From: Phaeosaccion multiseriatum
Taxonomy: Eukaryota; Protista; Ochrophyta, other classes
Reading direction: 5' to 3'
NCBI GenBank assembly: GCA_965112735.1
Contig: OZ218960.1
Span: forward strand, 1,798,001-1,862,000
DNA: 64,000 nt
The translations under genes and the position numbers were made by a program. The notes beneath the pieces were generated by a model. The model was not told the DNA's origin and searched no databases. It saw only the letters and a list, made by a program, of their open reading frames with translations. Of this stretch, positions 13,601-27,106 are shown piece after piece (position 1 is the first letter of the stretch; every line of letters begins with the position of its first letter).

Positions 13601-14079
13601 GAGGTGGTGGTGGTCATGATCGATGAGTACGTCACGCGTTACGTAACACTACGTACTTGCGCCTCGCAGCCCATCATCCTGGCCTCTAGGGCAGACTGTC
13701 TGCAAGATACGCTGCCCACGATCTTTCCCTCAAGCGCCTTGAGCGCTCGCTGCAGCTCTCCACCGCCCCTCCTCCTCTTCTCTCCCCCCCCCCCTCCTCC
13801 TCCTCCGTAGCCGCCGCGGCCCCCTGCGGCTCCTCCTGCTGATTGTGTAACGCTCTGTCCCAGCAGCCAAACCCCGCCGGGCGCGTCTCTGCTACTATTG
13901 TTGCTGTTGTTCTCGTGGCTGTCCGATGGCAGCACGTAGTCCTCTTCGAGCGAGCCTAGTCTGTACACGGCGTGTTTGGCTGCGCTCGCGTCCCGGTGCG
14001 CCGAAGAGGCCATTTCGGTCACTGCGCAGCAGCACAGGCCCAGGGTGTGTGTGTGTGTGTGTGTGTGGATGTCGGCGAG

Positions 14080-14136
<57 letters not shown>

Positions 14137-15179
14137 TGTGCGTGTGTGTGTCGTGAAGAGCCACAGATGTGGGAGGTAGTAGGGAGGGGAGAGAGTGGAG
14201 CAAGAAGAAGGAAGACGGAGGCACGGAGGTGGAGTGGCGCAGATGTGCGAAGTACGGGGCATTGGTTTGAAGTTCGAGACGCAGGCCAGAGGCAGGCATA
14301 TGGGGCACGTTGATGATGAAGAGAGAGAGAGAGAGAGAGAGAGAGATGGGGTACTTGCAAGTGGCACCCACCTGCGGTGACACCGCTGCTAAGGTGCCGC
14401 AGCTTGGTCTCAATGGAAGCGCGCAAAGGATCGAGCACAAGCGCGATAGCACTGGTCACATGGGCGTGTGTGACCACATGTCCAGAGTCAGAGCCAGAGC
14501 CAGTAGCAATAGCCGCCGTACCAGCAACACCACCACCACCAAGAGCGCCAGCACCCGCGCAGCCTCGCCACACCTGCTCCAGCTGCTGCTTCTCCCGCTC
14601 CACCATCGCTGACAACCTGCTTCCAAGCTCCCCTCCGATCTCGTCTACTCGCTGGAGGGCCTTGTTGGCGGCTGTCAGGCTCTCCTCCTGCGCACCCAGC
14701 CGTGCCTCCACCGCTGCCAGGCGGTGTGATAGGGAGTGGTTGTGGGCGACGAGTCTCTGAATCTCGGCGAACTGGACGCTCTTCTCCTCGTCTTCTCCTC
14801 CTCCTCGTCCTCTCCCCTTGTCTTCCCCTCCTGGGAGGCCTCGTCCGTCCTCGGACCAGTCTCCCGTCGTCGTCGTTGATATACTAAAGACACGGGGCAT
14901 GTTGCAATCTACGCCTCCGTTTGCTGAAGTCTCTTCCACCACCCTCTTGGCCTCAACGGAGGCTTCGTCCTGGGCCTTGCGCTGATGCTGCGGAGCGTGA
15001 TTCTCTCCCTTTCCCAGGCTCTCCGTGTCTCTATAAAAGGCCGATACTGCCCCCTCTCTTTCCCCCTCCTCCCATGGCCTTGTTGCCGCCATGGTCGACA
15101 GAGGATACGCATTCCCGACCTCCTCCAGGAGAGTGGACTGCAAGCTGTCCCAGTCCAGCTTCAGCTTCGTAGGATCCAT
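5236..15179 (-). CDS. Large multi-exon protein: N-terminal coiled coil, TRAF-type Zn fingers, C-terminal SAM domain, long poly-E/G/Q tracts
   Basis: Approximate exons 15179-14370, 14020-13657, 13292-13029, 12630-12560, 12380-12194, 11598-11001, 10545-8343, 8126-7870, 7542-5236. Zn fingers: CTFC..HLEVCELRLVRCPFDCGAK..MEKHSAAC and HESSCSERPIRCLRC..HHAQRC. SAM: VRSWNRKDVFLWMKEELSMPEAAEKLYSHRVDGAMLLGLTETDL..MGIESEEERAHLLSIIDAI. Joining the 5' coiled-coil exons to the rest is inferred. Confidence 0.7.
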
Positions 15180-15874
15180 AGGCAGGACCTTCCAAAGGCG
15201 CGAGACCTTACGAGGGCTAGGTATATGCCCCTAAGACCTCTCAATGGCTGGATGCATCTCCAAGAATCTTAGGGGGGGGGCTCCACACAAAATAAATTTC
15301 TTCTCCCTGTGCTGCAGAACCCTGCAATAGCTGGACGCATACTTCTAAGACATTGCAATAGCTTGGATGTATGCTATAGTCTTTTCTTCTCCTCTCTTTT
15401 CGGAGGGGAGAGAAAACAAAAAGCAAAAGGTCCTCTTGGGGGCGATATAACGGAAACCGCCGCAGAGAGGGAGTACACACACGAAGTATGAATGCCTATA
15501 CCCCCCCCCCACTGCGTTCCCCAATTGGCGGAACAGTGACAAGATGATAAAAGGAGGAGGAGAATAGAAAGGTGAGGCGAGCTTAACACTACTGCTTGTC
15601 CTTGATCTGCTCTTCTCACTGGTGTACGTGTTAGCGTCTCGTCGGGCTGGTGCTCCTCTTTCTTTCGCCACCCCTCTTCTCTTCTCTGCACTGCAAGTGC
15701 CTGAGAAGGAAAGAAGGGGGAGGTCCTCCGTGCCCGTCCTTTGAATCAATACATGCCCTCTTCTCCCAGTCTCTCAACTCCGCTCGTCCCCCTCCTTTCC
15801 CCTCTCCTCCTCACCATCTCTCATCCTTTCCCCCCCCCTCCCCTGTGGAACGTTCCTCTCAGTGTGCAACAACG

Positions 15875-17284
15875 ATGGTGAAGCCCCACTTTGGGCCTGA
15901 GTACGAGTACCCTGTACTACGACTTGCTGAGTATGAGAAGCGAGAGCTGGAGAGACGGATAATGGGCCCCTCCACCCAAAGGACCCAGGAAGCCTGCTTC
16001 TCAGAGGCAATTCGCCTCTGTGACCCGCCTGCGGATTTCTTCGTTGAGCTTGGCAGGACCAGCACCAGCAGCAGTGGCAGCAGTGTATACATCCATAAAG
16101 AACCGCAGTTTGCTTCTGCTTTTTTTGGCGGAAGTCTCGTTTCTTTCGAGGGCGGCATGAGAGACAGAAGGCGGAGGCTGGGCTTCTGGGATGAGCTTGA
16201 GGCTATCTTTGACAGCAGCGACAGCAGCGACAGCAGCGACAGCAGCGACAGCAGCGACAGCTGGGACTTGGTTGACGGCAGCGACCCCTCCTCCTCCTTC
16301 TCCTCCTTGTCGGAAAGGGTGTTGGACCACTTGCTTAACGAGCCCGAAATGCTGGAGTTCGACGAGCTTGGTGAGTGAGTGGGCTTGGCGTCCATGTGTA
16401 TCCTTTTTCTTTGGTTACAATGGTACTTGCTTTAGTATTTGTTACTAGGCCCCCTGACGCTCTTGTCCCTTGCTACTCCTCCCCCCCCCCTCTCCTGCTC
16501 CTCCCAACGACGAACAACAACAACAACAACGACAACAACAACGACGACGACGACGACGTCGACGACGATTAAAAAAGGGTTCGGCGACGAGGCTACGGAC
16601 GATTGTATGATTGAGAACTATACCAACCTCTCCACCTCGTGCGCGGAAGCCCTCGTGCAGACCTTCGTCGATCGCGTCACCGTCGGTCTCGAGTCCTGGA
16701 AGATCGACAAGGAGGCCATGAGGCACAGCATGCACATGCATCATGGACGTGGGCGTGGGTACGGTCACGGGAGGGGGGGGGGGCACGGGTATCGGGGTGA
16801 TGACCCCGCCTGCCACCGGATGGTGAAGTTCTTCTTTGAGGTGTTGGCGTTGTTTGCACTGTTCAAGGTGCTCAGGTATTTCTACCGAGAGATCTTTGTG
16901 ATGCTCAATCCGCGCAGGGGACACCCCCAAGCCCGTCGCGCACGTGCTGCTGCTGCTGCTGTATCACCAACTGATGCAGTGGAGGGCGGTGCTGGGGGCA
17001 GTGGAGGCGGGCAGGCTAGTGCCCCTCTCCCTGCGAATGCCCGCAGGGGCTATCCGGGGCTGGCATCGTTGGGTTGGCTCAAGCTGCCAGCCCGAGGAGG
17101 AGGAGGAGGGGCAGCAGGTGGTGATACGGCAGATGCTTACGCATACACGGCACTCACAGGCACTGAGGAGACATCCGCTGGAGCTGGTGGGAGGAGCGTC
17201 ATCGTGACTGGCATGCCCGTGAGCGTGACGGCTGTGATGGCCTCGGCGCCGCAGCAGGACCACCAGCCGTCGCAAGTGGTGTAA
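15875..17284 (+). CDS. Single-pass membrane protein with a Cys-rich (GLG1-repeat-like) luminal module; may have a further upstream exon
   Basis: Intron 16371-16577 (GTGAGT...AAG) joins ELG|FGDEATDDCMIENYTNLSTSCAEAL in frame. Upstream motif ACFSEAIRLC, a His/Gly-rich linker, and hydrophobic segment MVKFFFEVLALFALFKVL. Confidence 0.65.
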
Positions 17285-18102
17285 AGAGGGGGGAGCTGAA
17301 GCTATCGAGGCAGTACGTACCGTAGTGAGGCCAAGAGAAAAGAGAGAAAGGTTGTTGTGTAGGGAGGGCGAAAAGGTGAAGGCAAGAGTACTTGTACAGG
17401 GGCGTGTTTTTTTCGGTAAGTATGTACAGTAAAACCAAAGTGAAAGCAATAGGAAAAAGAAAAAAGTGTGTACAGACACCAAAGTGAATAATGAAAAAAG
17501 AAAATAAAAGCGAAGGACCTTGACTCGGGGGTGGGTGCCTTCTCAGCAGTGGTTAAACAGGAGAAAGTAGAGTTGCAGCACTCTGGGTGCGCAGCGAGGG
17601 GGTGTGGTGCGAGTGTGTGTTTCGCAAAGAGGGGGGGGGCTTCCCACCCCACATTCGACCACATTCGCTCACTCGGGTGCTGCCCAGGGGGGGCACGAGG
17701 CCGACGAGGGGGGGGCGGGGGAAGGCAGCCAACGGACCAAGGGCGGGCTTGAAGGGCCTTGGCAGTGGCAGGGGGAGGTGTCTGAAGCGATCCCCTCAGC
17801 TGCGCTTGTCTGTGGTTCTCGCGGCTCCCGGCTGCATGTCGGAGCTGCGAGGGCCCAGCCCAAGGCCGGAGCGGCCGGCCTCGCGGTGTGGTCCTCCGCT
17901 TGTGTATAGATGGCAGCGACGCGTTACTTGGATGTTGACAAAAGCAGCGCATTCAAGGATGATATATTCACAAGAGCGAACTGCTCACTGCTCACTGCTC
18001 AATGCGGCATGCGCAGGAGAAGAGCAGGGACACCCGCAGGGGCCTGCTGCACGACCTACGACATTACACGCCCGAACGTCCTGTCCAGCTGCTAGTGATC
18101 TG

Positions 18103-18353
18103 CTATTGGTGCTGCTGCTGTTGATGCCCGATGCGTTGGTACTGTTGGTGGTGGTGCTGGTGGTGGTGGTGGTGCTGCGTGTGATGCGGTGGCGGCTGCA
18201 CAAGGTGGTGAGCAGACTTTGACGACGCAACGTCCCTGCTGTTCCCCACCCCCACTCCACCAACACTTGGCAGCAGGGTTCCCGGCGGTGCGGCGGTCAC
18301 AGAAGAGAAGGAGGAGGAAAAGGCCCCCGGGGTGAGAAGCTTGTGGTGGTACC

Positions 18354-18392
<39 letters not shown>

Positions 18393-20012
18393 CGTCCTGC
18401 TGCTGTATCACCAACTGCTGCTGCTGCCCCTGCCCTTGCCCCACCGTCCCAAGCGCAGGCCTCCTTCCGCTCGTCGCGTGACTCGCGTGACCCCCGTGGC
18501 TCGAGGAGGAGGCCTCCTGTCTACTGCCATCCCCTCGGCTGCCAATGCTGCCAATACGCGCGGGCAGCACCAGCCGCGAGCTGCCGCCCCCCGGGGTCCC
18601 CGAGGGGGTGGCCAACCCCCGGGGGGTATTTGAGTGTGACACCCGATTCATTGGTTCTCCCCCCTGGGTCCCCCCCTGGGGCTCGGCCGCTGCGAAGGGC
18701 TGTGCGAGGGCCCGCTGTGCTAAGCCCACCTCGTCAAATGACTTGCTGTTGGCCCGCAGTCGCTTCCGGACACCGCTTCCGCGGCGCTGCTGCTGCTGTT
18801 GCTGTCTCGCTGCTGCTGCTGCTGCTGGTGCTGCTGCTGCTACTGCTGCTGCTGCTGGTGCTCCTGCATCACCAACTGCTGCTCCGGTACTGGCGGCGTT
18901 GTCTTGGGCCTCAACAGACCCAGCAACAGATTTTACATTCATCCCGTTTCGCTGCGGGTGCTGCTGGTGCTGCTGTGTCACCAACTGCTGCTTTGCTGGC
19001 ATGGCTGGTAGTGAGCTCCGGCGCTGACGACGAAGGGAGGGAACAAACACCGGATGCTGTGACAATGCCACGCTGCCTCCTCCTCCCCCCGTGCCTGCTC
19101 CTCTCCGACTATCCTGACCGCTGCTGCCCTTGCCCTTGCTGCCCTTCTTGTTGACCTGACCGACGTCGAACACAGCTGGGCTGAGCTGCCGCCTCATCTG
19201 CAGGATCTCAAAGGCCGTTGCCGTCCCTCCTCGGCGCTGGGCCTCGGCGAAGAGAGTCTTTGAAGGATAACGAATAGAGAGGTTGAGGAGGAGGAGGAGG
19301 AGGAGGAGGAGGAGGAGGAGGAGGGGGAGGAGGAGGAGGAGGAGGAGGCGATATTTACTCTTAGGCAAACGTACGGATGGATAGGTCTCCATAGCATCGC
19401 ACTTGAAGTTGAAGTTGGGGTAAAGAAGCCCCGAAGGCGTGAGGGAGCTCTGTACGACACATCGATATCGCTCCGTGCTCGACATTGTTCGCGGGGTATA
19501 CACACTGAAACTGAAACTGAGGCTGGGACTGAAACTGAAACTGAAATTGAAACTGCACCTTGAGGAAGCCTTCGATGGTCTCGAGGGCCTCCGTGGCGGT
19601 GTTAAGGTCGTTGTCGTCGGCGATCTTGATGCGCACCAGCTGAGGTGATGGTAGTGGATGGATGGCAGCGGGTGGGCGGATAGATGGTGCGAGTGGTAAT
19701 AGATGGTAGTGGATGGCGGATGGTGGGAGGGGGTGAGGGAAGCAATGCGAAGGGAAATGAGTGGATGGCCTGATGACACTTGCAGGACCATTTTTACGAA
19801 CAATTTGCGGTGGATGCAGTAGATGGGGGGCGGGGGAGGGGGGGGGGGGAGGCAGCAGCACAGTAGCAGCAGGAACAGGAGCGAGTGCAACCTTCTTGTA
19901 CCGCGGCTCACCTTTCTTACTCCGTGCGCTCCACTGGCAAGATAGGCAAGCGTCCTCTCCTCGAGCTTCGCAGCTACCTCCGGCGGCATTGACGAGCGAA
20001 CCTCGCCAACGC

Positions 20013-20110
<98 letters not shown>

Positions 20111-22539
20111 AGTGGGTGAGTGGGTGAGGAGGGGAAAGGCAGTCACGCATGAGTAAAAAAGGGTGGGTCTGACGTCCAACTTCGAACTTCAACACCCTAA
20201 CCGAGCAAGCAAGCGAGCAAGCAAGCAAGCTGGAACTTAAACTTTCCTCTCTTCCTCCAGGCATCTCAGGCCTCCCAGGGGGGCATAACCAAAAGTGCAA
20301 TAAACTGACACACTGACTAAAAAAGAAGTCACTCATTCCCACTCCCTCACTCACGGGGCACCGCACCTTGCCGCGTGCTGATCGTCAACCACCGTGTTGC
20401 TGTCGAAGGGAAGCAGCCACCTAAGGCGATGGTCAGCACAGCCAGGAGAGGGGAAGAGGGAGGGAGACAGAGAGGGAGGGAGAGGGAGGGAGGGAGGGAG
20501 GGAGGGAGGGAGGGAGGGAGGGAGGGAGGGAGGGAGGGAGGGAGGGAGGGAGGGAGGGAGGGAGGGAGGGAGGGAGGGAGGGAGGGAGGGAGGGAGGGAG
20601 GGAGGGAGAGGGGGAGGGAGGGAGAGGGGGAGGGAGGGAGAGGGGGAGGGAGGGAGAGAGAGAGGGAGTGAGATGAGTTGGGGAGTGCAGGGAGGAGAGG
20701 CCAGGGGAAAGGCATACGAAGGGAGAAAGAAGGGGAGGCGCATGAGGTAGGTGGCAAAGAAATCCAGCATTTCAACACCCTCCCTCCCTCCCTCCCTCTC
20801 TCCCTTACCTACTAAGCTGTCCCTTCATGACCCCCGCGCTCTTGGCTGCCCTGCGCAGATGAGCCATGAAGATGAGGCCTGCCTCCGCCGCTGCCGCGGT
20901 GTAGGCAAGATCAGAGTCGTCTCGGATGGGCCGTCGCAGCATGAACTCCACCTGTTGGTGGTACAGGACGTCGGTCGTCACAGGGTCAGAGGAGGGTGTC
21001 GCGGCATTTAGGTCGTCAGGCAGATGTATGGGCAGGCAGACAGATAGGCGGTCGGACAGGTAGGTGTGGGGAAGGGCGTGCGTGAGTGAGTGAGTGAGTG
21101 AGTGCGTGCGTGAGTGAGTGAGTGCGTGCGTGCGTGCGTGCGTGCGTGTGTGTGTGTGTGAGAGAGAGAGAGAGGTGGGGGGGGGGCGGGAGGGAGGAGT
21201 TCTTATTTGCTAAATAATGTGCAACACAATCAAGGCCAGTGTCAAGCGCATCCTGACTTCTTCGGTCAATCAAGGCCTGCTTCACTCCCCTCGTCCCCTC
21301 CTCGCCTCACCTCTGCCCATCTGCTGTTCAAGTTGGCACTCCAAGGCGTCGTCGCCCGCGTGCCTTGCATCACCAACTCCTGCCCCTCCCGCTCCCGCTC
21401 CTCCTCCTGACTGCCTGCAGCGACGGGGTCATCCTCAGCTTCTACCGCTTCTTCTGCTGCCACCACCGCCGCTGCTACTGCCTCGGTTTCTGCTGTCGCT
21501 TCTCCCTCCATCCTCCTCTGCACCTTACTGCGCCCCTCCTCCTCCTCCTCCTGCTCCTCCTGCCCCTCCTGCTCCTCCTCCTCCTCCTCCTCCTCCTCCT
21601 CCTCCTCCTCCTCCTCCTCCTCCTCCTCCTCCTCCTCCTCCTCCTCCTGCTCCTCCTCCTCCTCCTCCTCCTCCTCCTCCTCCTCCTCCTCCTCCTCCTC
21701 TACCTCTACATCCTTCTCCTCTTCCCCCCCTTTCTCCTCTTTCTCTGTCTCCTCCTCCTGCTCCTCCTCCTCATCCTCCTCCTCATCCTCCTCCTTTTCC
21801 TCTGCCTCTACCTCCTCCTCCTCTACCTCCTCCTGTTCCTTCTTCTGCTGCTCCTCCTCCCTCTCTTCCTCTAACTCGTCCTGCTCCTCCCCTACCTCCT
21901 GCTCCTCCTGCTCCTCCTCCTCCTCCTCCTCCTCCTCCTCCTCCTCCTCCTCCTCCTCCTCCTCCTCCTCCTCCTCCTCCTCCTCCTCCTCCTCCTCCTC
22001 CTCCTCCTCCTCCTCCTCCTCCTCCTCCTCCTCCTCCTCCTCCTCCTCCTCCTCCTCCTCCTCCTCCTCCTCCTCCTCCTCCTCCTCCTCCTCCTCCTCC
22101 TCCTCCTCCTCCTCCTCCTCCTCCTCCTCCTCCTCCTCCTCCTCCTCCTCCTCCTCCTCCTCCTCCTCCTCCTCCTTCTCCTCCTTCTCCTCCTCCTCCT
22201 CCTCCTCTACGGACGAGACTCTTGGTACCCTCTTGCCCTCTCCTGTTGCCCCCCCACCTCCCTTCGGAGGAAGCCCCACTTCGCTTGGCTCCGCTTCGCT
22301 CCGTCGGTGGACCATGCTCTGTCTGACCCCCCTCGGGTTGCGCGGCGAGATGCGCCCACTTCCCCCTACTCTGGCTGCAAAACAGCTCTCCCCACTCGTC
22401 TGATCCCCTCCTCCTTCTTCTTCTCCTCCTCCTCCTCCTTCTTCTTCTCCTCCTCCTCCTCCTCCTCCTCCTCCTCCTCCTCCTTCTCCTTCTCCTCCTC
22501 CTCCTCCTCCTCCTCCTCCTGCTGCTGCTCCTGCTCTTG

Positions 22540-22574
<35 letters not shown>

Positions 22575-22768
22575 CTTGCTGCTGCTCCTGCTGCTGCTCC
22601 GGCGGCTGCTTGCTTCACTGCTGCCGTTGCCGCTGCAATGGCTGCTGTCGTTGCCGCGGCTGCTGACGGGACCGAGGAGGAAGAAGATGCGGATAACGAT
22701 GACGACGCCGCTGCTTCCACCACTTGGGGAAGGGGCGACGCTGTATCACCAACGCCCGACGTTGTTGT

Positions 22769-22803
<35 letters not shown>

Positions 22804-25800
22804 ATGATGACGATGCTTGGGAGGACGTGATGAGTATGCACGAGCGCGTGCGGCGAGAACGGTCGAGGGGTTGGCGCAAGTCCGCGCAGTGTGCAGCATC
22901 GTGCTGATGGTGCTCCTGATTGTTTGTATCACCAACGTACCAAGTAAGGAGTAAACCAACGAGGGGATGTGGTGTAGCGATCGAGGAGGCGGCGATGAGT
23001 CGGGCGATCAGTATTGACCAGATCTACAGGCCGTATATGTATGACCAGAGCCAAACTAGACAGAAAGCAAGGGACGAGGTCTGAAGAGGACAAGCGTTGC
23101 TCCACCATGCTACTTCCTATCCTACCCGTCCGTCGCTCGCGAACGCTCAGCGCCCCTGGCAGAGTCTCAAGCACTCCGGGCTGAGTCTCAAGTCCTCAAG
23201 TACCTCCCCTCTCTTGTCCATTCCCTCTCTCCTCACCTCAGTCGGCAGCGGTTGCTGCAGAGATTGGACCCTTCGGCGCCTCCGAGGCAAGCTGTCGCCA
23301 CCACCGCCACCACCTCTACCACCACCTCTACCACCACCACCACCACCTCCACCTCCACCTCCACCTCCACCATCACCACCACCACCGCCACCGCCACTAA
23401 CGTCTTTGAGCGTACTACCTCTACTGCTCTTGCTGACGCTCTCTCGGCGGCAGGGGCCAGCGCCATCATCGAGCGGAAGGAGGTGGAGCTCTTCTTCCTG
23501 CTGGCCCATACCCGCAGCTCCGTGACAGTGTGAGGAGTGGTGTGAGCTCTCCTCACTCGCATGTCCTCCTCCTCCTCCTCCTCCTCCTCCTCCTCCTCCT
23601 CCTCCTCCTCCTCCTCCTCCTCCTCCTCCTCCTCCTCCTCCTCCTCCTCCTCCTCCTCCTCCTCCTCCTCCTCCTCCTCCTCCTCCTCCTCCTCCTCCTC
23701 CTCCTCCTCCTCCTCCTCCTCCTCCTCCTCCTCCTCCTCCTCCTCCTCCTCCTCCTCCTCCTCCTCCTCCTCCTCCTCCTCCTCCTCCTCCTCCTCCTCC
23801 TCCTCCTCCTCCTCCCCCTCCCCCTCCTCCTCCTCCCCTCTCCTTCTTCCTGCTCTTCTTCGTCTTCTTCTCTTTGTGCAGCGACAAGGACGAGGGCACT
23901 ACGACAGTGGACAGACTCGCACTTGCCATCATCGCTTCTTGGACGGACTGGCAAGACTCAGACGGGGTTAAGAAGAAAAGGTGGTCGCTGTGCGGCGGTT
24001 GCTGCTGCTCCGGCCCGGGCATAGGCAAGGCCTCGCTCCTATTTCCGCCCCCCCCCCCTCCTCCTCCTCCCCCTCCTCCTCCTCCTCCTCCTCCTCCTCC
24101 TCCTCCTCCTCCTCCTCCTCCTCCTCCTCCTCCTCCTCCTCCTCCTCCTCCTCCTCCTCCTCCTCCTCCTCCTCCTCCTGTTGCTGCTAAAGCATCTCGC
24201 TGCTCAAGAACGCGCGGTGACTCTGACGGACTCACCAAAGCTCGGTGCCTCGGAAGCGACAACGCCACGCCACCACCACCACCACCACCACCACCACCAC
24301 CACCACCACCACCGCCGCCGCCACCGCCGCCAATGCCACCTCCCCCTTTTCTAGTGCAACTAGTACTACCATAACAACTACTGCCTTCTGCTGCCCTGTC
24401 CTCCCCCCCGTCGGTGCCTTGCCTTGAGAGCTGAAGCAGGCGGGAGTTCACTCGATCAAGGGCGCGTGTTCGATTCCTCGTCACCGCCGTGGCGGCCATC
24501 TGCTGCCCCCCTGTGGGTGTGGTTCTCTCTGTGTGTCTCTCCGTATGTCTCGGTCGCTGCTGGTGGTGCGGGGGTAGGCTCCTCCCTCCCTCGACCATTC
24601 CACTCGCCCCCTTACCGCTCCCTCCCCCCCCGCCCCCTCCTCCTCCTCCTCCTCCTCCTCCTTCTCCTCTTCCTCCTCCTGCTCCCCCTCCTCCTGCTCC
24701 TCTTTCTCCTCCGGTGGTAGTCTCCGTCGAGGGATGAGAAGAGCGTTTGGCAGCATCTGCAGTGAAGCCCAACTGCAGCCTGAGGGCGGCAACTTCCCTC
24801 TCCAGAAGCATATTCCGCACCTCCAGCACAGCGCGGCCTCCTCCTCCTTCTCCTGGAGCAGTTGGTGATACAGCAGTACCACCAGCAGGGGAAGAGGAAG
24901 AAGCGCCAGTGGAGGACAGACAACCTCCTCCTCCGCCGCTGTAGGAAAGGGCTCCGAGCCCGCTCTTGCTCGTGCTTAGACTGAGCCCCGCAACGCTGCT
25001 ATCCCCCAAGTCCAAATGTATTGCACCACCACCTCCTCCTCCTCCTCCTCCTCCTCCTCCTCCTCCTCCTCCTCCTCCTCCTCCTCCTCCTACTCTTCCC
25101 TCACCTCCCGGGCCCTGCCCTCCTCTCTCTTGCCTCTGCCCTCCTCCTCCTTCACAGCCTTCAGCAGCGCATTCACTGGTGGCGACAACTGCGCTCCGTC
25201 TCCGCCGTGCCGTATCACCACCTCTACGCTTGCTGCCTCCGCCCAGGCGACCCCGTTCCTGCAGCAATCTCTGCTCCGCCAAAGCAGCCGCAGTAGCCCC
25301 TCCTTTTTTGATTTCAACAGCAGCCCCCTGGACAGCAGTGTGACCCCTCCCCCTCCGTCCAATCCTCTCCCCGCCCCTCTTGACCCGCTGCTGCCGGACA
25401 ATTCGGGGCTGAAGTGGGGGAGAAGGCGTGAGAGGTGGTGCTACAGAGCCGTCGCCAATGTCGACACCTTCGTCACACGCCCGCAGGGCCTCTTTCTCCT
25501 CCTCCTCTTCCTCCTGCTCCTCGTTCTGCTCCTCCTCCTCCTCCTGCTGCGGCTGCTGCTGCTGTATCACCAACTGCTGCTTTGACTTCTTCCGCCCCTC
25601 ATTCGACGCCCGCCTAAGTCTCCTGCGCCGTCTCTCCTTCGTTTCCAAAAGGCAAGGCGAGGCCACATCGAGGGCAAAGTCTCCCCCCGTCCCCATGGGA
25701 GAGAGAGGAATCGCGTGGCCGTTCTTGTCCTGAGGTGATGCGAGGAGAGGAGGAGCAAATGCGTCCGGGAGAGGCCTCACGTATGACAGTGATAGGGAAA

Positions 25801-26743
25801 GTAAATCCTCCTCATCCAGGGGGTCGTCGCTTTCCACGCTTCCCTTCTTATCCTCGCCCTGCTTGCTGTCCTCCTCCTCCTCCTCCTCGTCGGCATCGTC
25901 GTCGTCCTCGTTTGCCTCCTCGTCATCCTCGTCATCTTCCTCGTCATCCTCTTTCTGTTCCTTGTCCTCCTCCTCCTCCTCCTTGTCCTCCTCCTCCTCC
26001 TCTTCCTCCTCCTCCTCCTCCTCCTCCTCCTCCTCCTCCTCCTCCTCCTCCTCCTTCTCCTCCTCCTCCTCCTCCTCCTGTTGCTGCTGCTGGTGCTGCC
26101 GCCGCCTGCGGACAGATAATTTTCGCGCGCCCTGCATCGGAGTGGACGAAGCGCCTTCTTTCCCCGCCGCTACGACTTCTGCTGTCACCGCCCCTGCTAC
26201 CTGCTTGTGGCGCTGAGCTTTACCCGACTGTCTGCGTCGCCGCTCAACCACAGATCCGTTCGTGGGCGCTGGTCGGCCGCCGGCGGACCCTCCCTTCCTT
26301 TTCTCCAAGAGACCTTTCTCTTTGACTCTGAAGACCCCCTCCTCATTCTTATACCCCCCCTCTACGGCTGCGACTGGTGCTGGTGCTATTGTTTCTTCGT
26401 CTTTCTGGGCCCTGCTGCCGCTGCGCTGTCCTGGCGCTGCCGTTCCCCCCTCCCTCAATTTCAGAGGGTCCTTCCCTGGCTTGAACCTCTTCTTGCTGCT
26501 GCCGCTCTTGCTGCTTGGCTGCACCAAAACGACCAAAGGATGGCCTCCACTGTCTTCTTTGCCGTCAACGCCGCGGCATCTGGCATCCTCAGTGACTGTC
26601 GCAGCAGTTCTCACTCCAGCTCCACCGTGTGCGGCTTTGGACTTGCTGGCAAGGCACGGGAGGGGCTGGGACCTGGCGCTCCTGTCCCTTTCGTCACCGC
26701 TGCCGACGGAGAAAGAGAGGTAAAGAAACGAGAAGGAGAGCAA
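18103..26743 (-). CDS. Very large multi-exon hypothetical protein, mostly low complexity, with a small globular region encoded by short exons at about 19.2-21.3 kb
   Basis: Long ORFs 23147-26743, 21266-22879 and 18103-19260, plus phase-compatible short exons (VEFMLRRPIRDDSDLAY.., RWLLPFDSNTVVDD.., SVGEVRSSMPPEVAAKLEE.., LVRIKIADDNDLNT..). Start codon and some junctions are unresolved; it could be two genes. Confidence 0.45.
21540..24180. repeat. Very long coding (CCT/GGA)n trinucleotide tracts
   Basis: Pure runs at about 21913-22172 (poly-E on - strand) and 23565-23815 (poly-G on - strand). Similar runs at 8785-8975. Confidence 0.95.
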
Positions 26744-27106
26744 GAGTCAGAGCCAGCGAGGAGGAGAAGGATAGACTTGTCTTTTACTTGACCACTCACC
26801 GCCCACGGCCTGAAGTCAGCCCTGGTGGTGGATTAAGAGAGTCGGCTTTTCTGCCACCTTCTCCCCTGGGCTGGACGGTTATCACCCTCCGAGTGGCCTT
26901 CGTGGCGCCATTGCCCATAGCGCGCTTCTTTACTTTGCCCTTGTGTTGTTTGCAATTGCATATCAATTGGCAATTGACTTGGTGTCTTGGTGTAACGTTT
27001 TTGCAACAAAAAGGTCAAACTCAAACTTTCCCCCCGAATGGTAGTCTTTTTTGCTATAACATCTTCTGGCTAGGTGCTTGCACCGAGTCGAGCGCGGCCC
27101 AAAGCC

